Shown here: piece by piece, positions 1 through 9,154 of the stretch
How positions within the stretch are numbered: position 1 is the stretch's first letter
Layout: every line of letters begins with the position of its first letter
Assembly: GCA_041660565.1 (NCBI GenBank)
Contig: JBAZWC010000001.1
Span: 174,481 to 238,480 of the forward strand
Source of the DNA: Patescibacteria group bacterium
GTDB taxonomy: Bacteria > Patescibacteriota > UBA1384 > CAJBMM01
Length of the DNA stretch: 64,000 bases
Direction: 5' to 3'
The notes under the pieces: model-generated
Databases searched by the model: none
The model's input: only the letters and a program-made list of their open reading frames with translations
What the model was told of the DNA's origin: nothing
Made by a program: the position numbers and the translations under genes

Positions 1-5
1 GGGGA

Positions 6-1361
6 GTGATATTGGTTGATCCTCACGGTGAGGCGGTGGAGCATATTATGGCTAGCATTCCAGAGGAGCGTATTGATGATGTGGTGCTATTTGATCCTTC
101 AGACCGCGCGCATCCGATAGGCTTTAACCTATTAGAAGCGGTTGACGAAGACTTAAAGGGCATTGTGGCGTCCGGATTTGTTGGCATCTTTAAAAAGATT
201 TTCGGTAATTCATGGGGGCCGCGTTTGGAGCACATTTTGCGTAACTCGGTTTTGGCGCTGCTCGATTATCCGGAATCAACCATGCTTGGCATCGTAAAAA
301 TGCTAACCGACAAAAAGTATCGAGAAAAAGTAGTGGCCGAAGTAAAAGACCCTGTAATCAAAGATTTCTGGGAGAACGAATTTGCAGGATGGGATCAAAA
401 GTTTGCGTCCGAGGCAGCGTCTCCAATCCTAAACAAGGTAGGACAGTTTATTGCTACTTCGACAATCCGCAATATCGTTGGGCAGCCTAAATCTACCTTT
501 GACGTACGTAAGATTATGGATGAAGGTAAAATCCTATTGATCAATCTATCACGAGGTAAGATAGGTGAGGATAACTCGTCGCTGTTGGGAGCTATGATGA
601 TCACTAAGATTCAGCTAGCTGCAATGAGCCGAGCTGATGTACCCGAAGACCAGCGCACCGACTGTTATTTGTATGTGGATGAGTTTCAAAACTTTGCTAC
701 CGAATCTTTTGCCACTATTTTGTCCGAAGCGCGTAAGTATCACCTAGATTTAATAATGGCCAACCAGTATATCGCTCAAATGCAAGAAGAGGTAAGAGAT
801 GCGGTGTTTGGTAATGTTGGGACCATTATTGCGTTCAGAGTGGGGGCGTCTGACGCCAAAGATCTGGCCCAAGAGTTTACCCCGGCGTTTATAGAGACCG
901 ATTTGGTAAACCAAGACATTCATAAAATTTACATTAAGTTGTCAATTGATGGCATTACCGGTCAGGCATTTTCGGCTAACGCCTTGCCGCCATACCGCCC
1001 AACGCAGAGTTTTGCCGAGGAAATTGTTAAACGATCACGCGAAAAATATACCATTCCGCGCTCAGAAGCAGAGGGAGTAACAGACCACGAAGGAAATCCG
1101 GTGCCAACTAAAGAAGAAGTGGCGGAAAGCCGTCTGCTACACGAGGGTGCGATTGAGCTGCCTCCAATTAAAATTAAATCTGAAAATATTATTGACGGGT
1201 TGTACTACAAGCAGATGGACGCAAAAGGGGGAGTGACGTGGTGGGAAGGGTACTCGTTAGATGAGGTGATGTCTGAAGAAGAGAAGAAGCGCCAAAAGTT
1301 TCTAACCAAAAAGATAGAGAAGATAAAGTCAGCTACAACATTGTCCGACACAAAAGAATAG
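6..1361 (+). CDS. VirD4/TraG/TrwB-like type IV secretion coupling-protein ATPase, 5'-truncated at window edge
   Basis: Frame is open to position 1. Motif YLYVDEFQNF followed by RKYHLDLIMANQ resembles the coupling-protein Walker B and Q-rich segment. Confidence 0.5.
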   Translation: MILVDPHGEAVEHIMASIPEERIDDVVLFDPSDRAHPIGFNLLEAVDEDLKGIVASGFVGIFKKIFGNSWGPRLEHILRNSVLALLDYPESTMLGIVKMLTDKKYREKVVAEVKDPVIKDFWENEFAGWDQKFASEAASPILNKVGQFIATSTIRNIVGQPKSTFDVRKIMDEGKILLINLSRGKIGEDNSSLLGAMMITKIQLAAMSRADVPEDQRTDCYLYVDEFQNFATESFATILSEARKYHLDLIMANQYIAQMQEEVRDAVFGNVGTIIAFRVGASDAKDLAQEFTPAFIETDLVNQDIHKIYIKLSIDGITGQAFSANALPPYRPTQSFAEEIVKRSREKYTIPRSEAEGVTDHEGNPVPTKEEVAESRLLHEGAIELPPIKIKSENIIDGLYYKQMDAKGGVTWWEGYSLDEVMSEEEKKRQKFLTKKIEKIKSATTLSDTKE

Positions 1362-1375
1362 AATGTTCCTATATT

Positions 1376-1406
1376 TTCGAATTTAGTGCTTAGTGCTTCG
1401 AATTTC
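1376..1406. repeat. GTGCTTCGA / TTCGAAAT-type intergenic repeat, copy 1
   Basis: tcgaatttagtgcttagtgcttcgaattt. Related units occur at 19098-19142 and 56580-56700. Confidence 0.4.
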
Positions 1407-2077
1407 CATTCCCAGCAGGGGAATGGCTTGGGGGAGAGGGTGCAAATTTGAAATACCACTACGATTGGCTATCAAAGTCGGACGAATGTGACCAAAAGCC
1501 GGATTAGCGGATTAATAGAAAATGTCATAAAAATGACTAATAATTGTCATTTTGGTGAGCATAAATAACGACTGCAATTTAAGATCAATTTACGCTCGTT
1601 TAGAGTTTAGTACTCCCCTGGAGCATAATTTGTACAGGGAAGTGGTCTAATTTAAGCTCAAATGGCCCCTTAAAGCCCTACATTAGCTTATTATATGTAA
1701 GTGAACTATTTGATCATCTAAGGTATAAAATGAGCGTAAACTGGGGTCAGATATGCTATGAATGGTGAATCTTAGGGCGACGTATTGAGTATTTGTACGA
1801 GTAATAATGACGATCAATGACTGCCAGGCATGATCAAGCGTGCATAAGTGTCGCATAAGAATCATTGTACGACACAACGTGACTTGAAGCACGATGTACG
1901 AAATTATAAATTCAAAACAAAATCAAATTAAATAAGTTCGAAATTTTTTAAAAAAATCAATTTTCTTATTACGCCCCGCCCTATCTCTGGGTAGTCTTTG
2001 TATCCTATTTTAAAATTAAAAATTTATAATTTAAAATTTATTTTTACCTCTCCCCCGTTACCACTCCCCCACTCGTA

Positions 2078-2124
2078 TTTAAGATAAAGAAATTGCCGGC
2101 CAAGAGCATGCGCTCGAGGCCGGC
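2078..2124 (-). terminator. Hairpin plus T-rich tract ending the minus-strand small-peptide operon
   Basis: gccggcc-N16-ggccggc at 2095-2124. Followed on the minus strand by aatttctttatctt. Confidence 0.4.
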
Positions 2125-2131
2125 GAGAGGG

Positions 2132-2335
2132 CTAGTCTGGCATCGTCAGTTGCCGAACGATGAATCCTGCAGCAAAGACGATGATCAGCGACAAAACCAG
2201 TGTCAGATCACTGATGTAGTGACCGATCACCGCTCCCACGGTAAAGGCAACTAGTACTATCACGAACAGGGCGGTAGGAGACATCGCTAAGGCAATTCCC
2301 CCATCCCCCTGATCCTCGCCACGATCTTGGTCCAC
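2132..2335 (-). CDS. Small GC-rich transmembrane protein (67 aa)
   Basis: GTG start preceded by gggggaggtga SD. Hydrophobic helix-rich. Part of a GC-rich operon. Confidence 0.4.
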   Translation of the reverse strand: MDQDRGEDQGDGGIALAMSPTALFVIVLVAFTVGAVIGHYISDLTLVLSLIIVFAAGFIVRQLTMPD

Positions 2336-2379
2336 ACATCACCTCCCCCGTGATTAAATAGAACATCAGATTCGGTTCA

Positions 2380-2598
2380 TCACTTCGGCGTCGTATGCAC
2401 CGGATTGTCCTCATCGCGCGCCGTCATGCCGAGCCACCCGGCAACCGCCCCTACAACAAACAGTAACGTCGCCGGTCCGTACTTACTATGGCAAACGCAC
2501 ATGGCGCAGTTGATCCACGCCCCAACGCAGCCGATGCCAAACAACAGTCGCCAGTCACGAGCACGTATCGCGTCAACCTCACGCTTCAGTGGGTTCAT
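2380..2598 (-). CDS. Small GC-rich transmembrane protein (72 aa)
   Basis: ATG at 2598 preceded by gggaggtgat SD. TM segment LLFVVGAVAGWLGM. Confidence 0.45.
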   Translation of the reverse strand: MNPLKREVDAIRARDWRLLFGIGCVGAWINCAMCVCHSKYGPATLLFVVGAVAGWLGMTARDEDNPVHTTPK

Positions 2599-2599
2599 A

Positions 2600-2746
2600 T
2601 CACCTCCCTGTGATCGAGGTGAACAGTAGGAACGCGCCAGCGAGAAGGAATGCCGCTATGACGACGCAGATGGCGATCGTCGCCACGATCCATTTGGACA
2701 GGTCGCCAACGATTGCAAGGCCGGGGTCACTGCTCGAGCTTTGCAT
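2600..2746 (-). CDS. Small GC-rich transmembrane peptide (48 aa)
   Basis: ATG at 2746 preceded by gaaaggtga SD. Single TM helix IVATIAICVVIAAFLLAGAFLLF. The upstream part of the longer ORF has no SD. Confidence 0.4.
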   Translation of the reverse strand: MQSSSSDPGLAIVGDLSKWIVATIAICVVIAAFLLAGAFLLFTSITGR

Positions 2747-2931
2747 TGCGATCACCTTTCCACGTCCACATCGGTTCGTGGAGAACTGCTTGCTCCGGGT
2801 TAACCGGCACCCGGAATGGCGACTCCCCTGCCCGTACAATCGGGGCGGGGAGAAACATCACGATCATTACAGACATGACGCATAGCATCCGACAATCCCC
2901 TTTCGCACGTCAGGTTGTTGGACAATAGCTA

Positions 2932-2971
2932 TATTATACGCCAAAAGATGGACAATGTCCATCTTCGAAAG
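2932..2971 (-). promoter_or_regulatory. 40-bp direct-repeat unit 1 containing palindrome ATGGACAATGTCCAT plus an extended -10 on the minus strand
   Basis: tattatacgccaaaagatggacaatgtccatcttcgaaag. Minus strand reads ggcgTATAAT. 35/40 identical to the unit at 3920-3959. Confidence 0.5.
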
Positions 2972-3023
2972 AAAATCGGCGGTTACGCTTCTGCGCTCCG
3001 CCGACTTTATGGAATGAGGTGTG

Positions 3024-3836
3024 TCATGCTCCTGGATTCATGGTAACTACAACGAAGTCCCCTCTACTCGCGTTTGGAATGTCGTCCATCAATCGCGTAC
3101 TTCGATAGGCAGCTACGGACTTGACGTGAAATGACGAAAGCCCGACGCTAGAGGTGTAACTGGTGTCACGAGTCCCGTCGTCGCGGATTAAGCTAATTTT
3201 GCTGGTGATCTGCCCATCTACTATGCAAGCCACTACCCACGTGTCAGATGGATTGCGTTTTGGGTGTATGACGAAGTATATCTCACCCGCGACTTGGCCA
3301 GGGCTCATCGCACCGTTAATCGGCATCAACGGAGTACAACTCCCGTCCATCACATCTTGAGGTAAAAGCTCCCCAGCAGTCAAGCTCTCGCGGAAGCTTT
3401 TGTAAAACGCTGCAGTGCCGACGAATTTCCCGCCAACATCTGGTCCGACGTGATCTGACCGGGTATCAATGTGGTATCCGAGCTTGTCGTCGGTGCTATA
3501 ACTCAGTTCAGCCGGACTCCAACCACCCATGGTAGGGCCCTTAACCACTAGACCGTCGCCCGGTACGCCGAGCTTTATCTCCTGATCGGGCAATGATTCC
3601 CCGAGCAAGATGGGAAGCGTACGGTCTGGCTGATTTTGCACCGGTTCGGCCTGCTGGGGTTGGGCTACCTGAGTTGTTGGTTCGGCCTGAGACGGGGTTG
3701 GTGCTGTTGCCATGCTACTTGCCCCGCTGTACGAGCCTTCATTGCGTCGCACAACGGTAGTAATAATACCTAGCACTACAATGATCCCGACGACCACGCA
3801 GATCAGATTCACTGTGGTCTTCACTTCGTCTTGCAT
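3024..3836 (-). CDS. GC-rich membrane-anchored protein: N-terminal TM helix, Pro/Gln/Ala-rich linker, about 180-aa C-terminal domain of unknown function
   Basis: ATG at 3836 preceded by ggaggg SD. The listed ORF extends 11 codons further with no SD. TM segment LICVVVGIIVVLGIITTVV. Confidence 0.5.
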   Translation of the reverse strand: MQDEVKTTVNLICVVVGIIVVLGIITTVVRRNEGSYSGASSMATAPTPSQAEPTTQVAQPQQAEPVQNQPDRTLPILLGESLPDQEIKLGVPGDGLVVKGPTMGGWSPAELSYSTDDKLGYHIDTRSDHVGPDVGGKFVGTAAFYKSFRESLTAGELLPQDVMDGSCTPLMPINGAMSPGQVAGEIYFVIHPKRNPSDTWVVACIVDGQITSKISLIRDDGTRDTSYTSSVGLSSFHVKSVAAYRSTRLMDDIPNASRGDFVVVTMNPGA

Positions 3837-3919
3837 GGCTTGATCCCTCCATTGAGTTTGTGCGATCATCGGTCAAGCGACGTGTTAAAGTGCAACAGTA
3901 CGCCAGTGGTTGATGGATT

Positions 3920-3959
3920 TATTATACACAAAAAAATGGACAATGTCCTTCTTCGAAAT
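3920..3959 (-). promoter_or_regulatory. 40-bp direct-repeat unit 2 with palindrome ATGGACAATGTCC plus an extended -10 (tgtgTATAAT on the minus strand)
   Basis: tattatacacaaaaaaatggacaatgtccttcttcgaaat, upstream of the 3024-3836 gene. Confidence 0.5.
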
Positions 3960-3991
3960 TACAAATTTCGCGCTATCCCCTATTCGTATGG

Positions 3992-4651
3992 TTACTCAAG
4001 ATGAGTAAGATCGTTTAGGGTGATAATTTTCCAGCTACCGTCTGTTCTATTTTCTACAACGGTAATACCGGTATTGCCTAGTACAATTCCCATAGCAAAA
4101 CAACGATAAATATCTGTAGATAATATTTCTCCAAAGACCATCTCAGCTAGAAGAGTACGTAAGAAATTAGCGTGAGTAACTACAATAATTGTATCGTCTG
4201 ACATATCAGAAAGCTGATGGATAAATTTTTTAGCGCGGGTTCGGCTGTCAGCTAGATTTTCTTCATCGCTATGATGCCATGTCTCATCTTTAAAATTTTG
4301 CCAGCGCAGTTCGTCAAGCGCAATTACTTCTGGGTCATCATTTGATCTGCCTAAATATACACTCGGACTCTTTATTTCATGAATATCGTCGTGGATGTGT
4401 AATTCAGAAGTGATAGTTTTTTGTATAATCTCCGCGGTCTGTGAGGCGCGCGGGTAAGGGCTTGTTAGTATCCGATCCACTTGGATTAATTTTAGCCGGT
4501 TTGCCACTAGTTGTGCTTGCTCACGTCCTGTTTGAGTAAGTGATGCACTAGGGCCGAGTCGTATTTTCTGCTGGTTACTTTCTGATTCACCATGACGCAC
4601 AAAATACACTTTCATAAAAGTCCTTAGTGTTTTTGAGATCGGTTTTGCCAA
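3992..4651 (-). CDS. Histidine phosphatase superfamily protein (phosphoglycerate mutase-like)
   Basis: VRHGESESN motif (RHG catalytic His) and VVTHANFLR. Confidence 0.65.
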   Translation of the reverse strand: MAKPISKTLRTFMKVYFVRHGESESNQQKIRLGPSASLTQTGREQAQLVANRLKLIQVDRILTSPYPRASQTAEIIQKTITSELHIHDDIHEIKSPSVYLGRSNDDPEVIALDELRWQNFKDETWHHSDEENLADSRTRAKKFIHQLSDMSDDTIIVVTHANFLRTLLAEMVFGEILSTDIYRCFAMGIVLGNTGITVVENRTDGSWKIITLNDLTHLE

Positions 4652-5526
4652 ACTACCAACAATGGCGTGGCGTTAAAGATTGACGAATATGTTCCCACGG
4701 TAATACCAATTAGTAGTGCTAGTACAAATCCCTTTGTACTTTCGCCACCAAGCAAGAATAGCGCCAATAACACAATTAGCACGGTTAACGAGGTGTTTAA
4801 TGATCGAGCTAGGGTTTGAGAAATTGAAACGTTAGCAACATGCTCAAAGTTACCACCCGGAGTTAACCGCAAATTCTCTCTAATTCGATCAAATACCACA
4901 ATGGTATCGTGAACAGAGAAGCCCATAATGGTTAGCAAAGCGGTGACGGTTAGACTATCCAACTCAACAAAGTCATAATATCGTCCTAGAATTGCAAACA
5001 TTCCTATTACAAATATTAAATCATGAAGCAAAGCCACCACGGCACAGATGCCAAATCGCCAAGAGTTTGCCGGCTTTGGTACTTTACGAAACGCCCAGGC
5101 AATGTAAAGAATGATAGCCAACGAGGCGATAATCACCCGCCATACCGCTTTGTTGGTTTGATCTTTGCCGATAGTTGGTCCGACCGAGGTATAAGACTTC
5201 TCAACGGTGTCTGGAATTGATTTGTTGATGGCGTCGGTAATTTGAGAATGCTGTTCGTCTGATAGCGCGTCGGTCTTAAGGATAAACCCGTTGTTGCCGG
5301 TGGTGGTGACAGATAAATTCTTCAAGTCAATTTTTGATACCGCTTGCTTTACTGCGTCTGCCGTAACCGCAGATTTGGCGGTGTATTCGATGCTGGTGCC
5401 GCTTTTGAAATCAATTCCTACTTTTACGCCATATACCGACATAAAGATAATGCCGGGAATTATGAGCACAGCCGACAGGCCAAACCATAGCCATTTATAT
5501 TTCAGTACTTGAATAGTTTTAGACAT
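4624..5526 (-). CDS. secF: Protein translocase subunit SecF
   Basis: 300 aa, six-TM SecF architecture, immediately downstream of secD. Confidence 0.85.
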   Translation of the reverse strand: MSKTIQVLKYKWLWFGLSAVLIIPGIIFMSVYGVKVGIDFKSGTSIEYTAKSAVTADAVKQAVSKIDLKNLSVTTTGNNGFILKTDALSDEQHSQITDAINKSIPDTVEKSYTSVGPTIGKDQTNKAVWRVIIASLAIILYIAWAFRKVPKPANSWRFGICAVVALLHDLIFVIGMFAILGRYYDFVELDSLTVTALLTIMGFSVHDTIVVFDRIRENLRLTPGGNFEHVANVSISQTLARSLNTSLTVLIVLLALFLLGGESTKGFVLALLIGITVGTYSSIFNATPLLVVWQNRSQKH

Positions 5527-6793
5527 GGATTAACCTTTTGAAGCGTGATATGGCTAATAATTTTAAGATTACTTGGGTTATGGTGATGGCGGTGAACAAG
5601 CTGACCAATACGCCAATCGCCAGGGTTAGGGCAAATCCTCTAATTAGCCCGGCTGTTCCCACATACAACACCAATGCGGTGATCAAAGTGGAGCTGTTGC
5701 TGTCTCTAATGCTGGTCCAGGCGCGCTTAAAACCATCGTCAATTGCTTGTAGCAGCTCTTTACCCGATCGAATTTCTTCACGCATACGTTCAAATATCAG
5801 AATATTTGCATCCACCGCCATACCGATCGACAAAATAAATCCAGCTACACCCGAAAGCGTTACCGTAACCGGCAGTAGCTTATAGATGGCAATGTTGATG
5901 AGAGTGTAAATAACCAACGCAACAATGGCAATAACGCCCGGGGTTTTATAGTAAATGACCATAAATAACATAATTAATATCATTCCTATTAACCCGGCAA
6001 GCAAACTATCTTTAAGTGATTCGGCACCCAAGGTGGCACTGATGGTTTGTTGGTTGATGATTTTAATTGGCACCGGCAAAGCACCTTGGTTTAGCTGGTT
6101 TGTTAGTTCCTTGGCAGTTTGAACGGTAAAGCTGCCCGATATAATGGCCACGCCGTCGGTGATGGCGTCATTTACGGTTGGGGTGGAAATTACCTGATCG
6201 TCTAAAACTATCGCAATCGCCTCTTTAGGATTTGCTGCTGCGGCCTTGGTGGTTGCATCAGCGAATTTTTGCTTCCCAGCGTCTTTTAACTGTAGTCGTA
6301 CCTGTGGTTCGCCGGAGATGTTATTTGAACCGCTGGAAGTGCCAAAAGTAACGCTAGCACTATCTACATCCGAGCCGGTGATAACCGTGTTGCCTTGCTG
6401 ATCTAAAAATTTAAGGTCGGGAAATTGGCCAATCTGCTTGATGGCGCCGGCAACGTCGGTTACGCCTGGTAATTCCACAATCAGGGTGGTGTCGTTGCCA
6501 CTTTTGCCTACTTGAATAGTTGGCTCGGTGACGCCGAATTTGTTAATACGATCATTGACCCGAGATTTAAGTGTGGTTAACGCCGCATCTTGTTGACTGG
6601 CGGGGATTTTGGATAGATCGGCAAGATATGTAATCTCTACTCCACCGCGTAAATCTAAGCCCTGGTGAATAAATAATGATCGTTTAAAAGAACCTAAGCT
6701 AATGTCTGGCCCGCTGGGGAGTGCAATTACCAAAGCAAACGCCGTAATAACGGCGATAAACGCAAGCCTAATGTAGAGTTTTCTTTTAATCAT
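5519..6793 (-). CDS. secD: Protein translocase subunit SecD
   Basis: GLDLRGG motif, periplasmic domain plus C-terminal TM bundle. Confidence 0.85.
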   Translation of the reverse strand: MIKRKLYIRLAFIAVITAFALVIALPSGPDISLGSFKRSLFIHQGLDLRGGVEITYLADLSKIPASQQDAALTTLKSRVNDRINKFGVTEPTIQVGKSGNDTTLIVELPGVTDVAGAIKQIGQFPDLKFLDQQGNTVITGSDVDSASVTFGTSSGSNNISGEPQVRLQLKDAGKQKFADATTKAAAANPKEAIAIVLDDQVISTPTVNDAITDGVAIISGSFTVQTAKELTNQLNQGALPVPIKIINQQTISATLGAESLKDSLLAGLIGMILIMLFMVIYYKTPGVIAIVALVIYTLINIAIYKLLPVTVTLSGVAGFILSIGMAVDANILIFERMREEIRSGKELLQAIDDGFKRAWTSIRDSNSSTLITALVLYVGTAGLIRGFALTLAIGVLVSLFTAITITQVILKLLAISRFKRLIHV

Positions 6794-6845
6794 TTATGTC
6801 TGAATAATATCGTAAAATATGAGGTAAAGTCAATGCTTACATGGC

Positions 6846-6923
6846 TGTCATCCCGGACTCGATCCGGGATCCAGACTATAAACGATTATTTTACATAGAT
6901 TCCGGGTCAAGCCCGGAATGACA
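6846..6923. mobile_element. Miniature (empty) derivative of the GIY-YIG TIR element: two hairpin-containing terminal repeats separated by 15 bp
   Basis: tgtcatcccggactcgatccgggatccagactata plus aacgattattttaca plus tagattccgggtcaagcccggaatgaca. Matches the TIRs at 28603-29018 and 40750-41128. Confidence 0.55.
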
Positions 6924-6930
6924 ATGAAGG

Positions 6931-7545
6931 TCAAGGCAAATAAATAATATCGGTTTCCGAAGTTAACTTTGGCAAGATATCATCTTCAATAATTGAAAAT
7001 TGATTGGCAATTTGATCGACAAAAGTTTTATTCACAATAGCTACACCACGATAATGCCCCGAGATTTGCATAGTTACCGCAGCGGCATATTTTTGGTGAT
7101 ATTTTTGCAGGTTATCCCAGTTAAGGTCGATTTTTTCTTGAATATTAACCAGCACAAACTGATTTGGAAGCTGGTCATATATTTGCTTCAACCCTCCCCC
7201 ACTACCCAAATCGGTGAATGAAAATTGTAATTTATCTTCAAACTGATGTTGCGCCTCTAAAATGCTTTTAATTGATTGACCGTAATGGCCGTAAATTATC
7301 ATAAACTGATCAATGCCTTCGACCAACAGGCATTTCATCACTTTTATAATATAACCAGACGATTTTTCGACTCCCCTGCCCCCAACACACACCACGGCAA
7401 AATTTAGTTCAGTTTGCGGCAAAGCAGATTTTACAAAATAATTAATGGCATTAGATCGGTTTCGCAGGCCGTTTTTCTTAACTAAGATATCAATCTGTCC
7501 TAATAGGTGTTTATCCATGGTGATTGTGATGCGCTCATGAGCCAT
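6931..7545 (-). CDS. Ribbon-helix-helix (CopG-like) domain fused to a short nucleotidyltransferase-like domain, hypothetical
   Basis: N-terminal ITITMDKHLLGQIDILVKKNG RHH pattern. VVCVGGRGVEKSSG loosely resembles the NTP-transferase G-loop. Confidence 0.35.
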   Translation of the reverse strand: MAHERITITMDKHLLGQIDILVKKNGLRNRSNAINYFVKSALPQTELNFAVVCVGGRGVEKSSGYIIKVMKCLLVEGIDQFMIIYGHYGQSIKSILEAQHQFEDKLQFSFTDLGSGGGLKQIYDQLPNQFVLVNIQEKIDLNWDNLQKYHQKYAAAVTMQISGHYRGVAIVNKTFVDQIANQFSIIEDDILPKLTSETDIIYLP

Positions 7546-7627
7546 TTTTTACCTCTTTCAATACAGATAGTATCATACTTTGTATGAAGTTTGGAAGATA
7601 GAGGGTAGATGGTAGAATATAGAGTGT

Positions 7628-8185
7628 TTAGGAAATAATTCGGATAATTTCGTTGACGACTTTTTCAAGTTCGCCGTCGTGATTGAATAACTGATAATCA
7701 AACTGGTTGGCATAGACGCGTTCTTTTTGTCCTTGCTCGATCCGCTTTTCAATATCATCGGTACTATTTTTGCGTATCGATTCAGATAATCGCTGTCGTA
7801 GCTCGATGTCATCTGCGTCGATAAAGATGGTAATACAATCTGTGCTAAAATATTTTTTTAATTCCAGTGCGCCTACCGGCATCTTATTGCAAACAACATC
7901 TGATTTTTGTAATTGATTTTCGAGTGCGTTTTTTAGTGTGCCGTAGAACTGACCGGTGGCAGACATTACTTCGTATTCGAGTAAATCGCGATTTTCGATC
8001 ATTTTTTGAAATTGCTCTTTTGAAACAAAATGATAATTTTCGCCGTCAATCTCCCCTTCTCTTTTGGGGCGCGAGGTTGCATTGACTAATTTTGACAATT
8101 TTAAATTGCGCTCTTTTAGCAGACGTTCGATGATGGTGTCTTTGCCGCAGCCGCCCGGACCAGATAGAATGATTAATTTATGCAT
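7628..8185 (-). CDS. gmk: Guanylate kinase
   Basis: LSGPGGCGKDT P-loop. ATSRPKREGEIDGENYHFVS and YGT motifs typical of Gmk. Confidence 0.7.
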   Translation of the reverse strand: MHKLIILSGPGGCGKDTIIERLLKERNLKLSKLVNATSRPKREGEIDGENYHFVSKEQFQKMIENRDLLEYEVMSATGQFYGTLKNALENQLQKSDVVCNKMPVGALELKKYFSTDCITIFIDADDIELRQRLSESIRKNSTDDIEKRIEQGQKERVYANQFDYQLFNHDGELEKVVNEIIRIIS

Positions 8186-8200
8186 ATTTACTCTCCATGG

Positions 8201-9154
8201 TTATTCAAATTGATGCAAGGCTTTTTCCAAATCTGCCGGAAGTGGGGCGGTAAAAGTTGATCGTGTATCAGATTCGGGCAGACGAATTTCTAAAGTAGAC
8301 GCATGAAGAAATTGGCGATGCAAGCCAACCCTGGCTGATAGGTCGGAAGCTTCTTTAAAGGTATAAACTTTATCCCCCATTACCGGGTGGCCTAAATAAG
8401 CGCAGTGAACTCGAATTTGATGGGTTCTGCCGGTAATCGGTCTGGCTTCAATTAAAGTTACCTTATCCCCCTTTTTACTCCGAAGCTGTGACACAATTTT
8501 AATTTCAGTGATGGCTTCTCGACCCTTCTCTGCGGAGACTAAGGCCATTTTGCGGCGGTCATTTTGATCTCGCCCTAGAAAATTGGTTACGGTAATCTCG
8601 TCTTGCTCTAACCATCCGTAAATTAGTGCCAGATAGGTTTTTTGGGCCAAATGTTTTTGAATTTGATTTGCCAAAAAAGTCATAGCCGATTTATTTTTGG
8701 CGATTATCATTGCCCCAGATGTGTCTTTATCTAACCTGTGTACAATGCCCGGGCGCATTAAACTAATTTTACTTTCCGGATCGTAAACCGCATTCTTAAT
8801 TGTAGGATCGTAAAATATGATGCGCTGTGCTACCGAATCCTCAGTATGGCTATGTGCCGGATGAGTAATTAATCCAAATGGTTTGTTTATCACCACAACA
8901 TCGCGATTTTCAAAAATTATATCCAGGTCGGCAGATTTGGTCACGGCTATTTCGGGTTCCGAATGTTTCTGAATAGTGACGACGTCGTTGACTTGGGTTA
9001 AATAACGCGATTTGATCGGATGGTCATTAACCATCACGGCGTTGTTTTCAATAAGACCTTGCCATGTTGAGCGCGAGTTCTTAGGAAATCGCGTTGCTAG
9101 AATCTTATCCAACCTAACACCACTTTCAGCGGGTGTGACGTGAAAATTTTTCAT
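8201..9154 (-). CDS. RluA-family 23S rRNA pseudouridine synthase (RluD-like) with N-terminal S4 domain
   Basis: HRLDKDTSGAMIIAKN catalytic motif. Confidence 0.8.
   Translation of the reverse strand: MKNFHVTPAESGVRLDKILATRFPKNSRSTWQGLIENNAVMVNDHPIKSRYLTQVNDVVTIQKHSEPEIAVTKSADLDIIFENRDVVVINKPFGLITHPAHSHTEDSVAQRIIFYDPTIKNAVYDPESKISLMRPGIVHRLDKDTSGAMIIAKNKSAMTFLANQIQKHLAQKTYLALIYGWLEQDEITVTNFLGRDQNDRRKMALVSAEKGREAITEIKIVSQLRSKKGDKVTLIEARPITGRTHQIRVHCAYLGHPVMGDKVYTFKEASDLSARVGLHRQFLHASTLEIRLPESDTRSTFTAPLPADLEKALHQFE

Noticed and set aside
1478-1520. Sequence aaagtcggac...aaagccggatta loosely resembling RNase P RNA P4 strands (AAGUCCGG / ACCCGGCUUA)
   Set aside because: The two segments are only 20 nt apart and are not mutually complementary as P4 requires. 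No other RNase P conserved regions are nearby.
1683-1892. 69-aa ORF in the AT-rich gene-free tract
   Set aside because: No SD, no recognisable domain, Leu/Ile-rich as expected for random AT-rich sequence.
2208-2928. Multiple overlapping ORFs on both strands in island A (2208-2414, 2405-2629, 2589-2885, 2713-2928)
   Set aside because: Same GC artifact. Only the minus-strand frames preceded by GGGAGGTGA-type SDs were kept.
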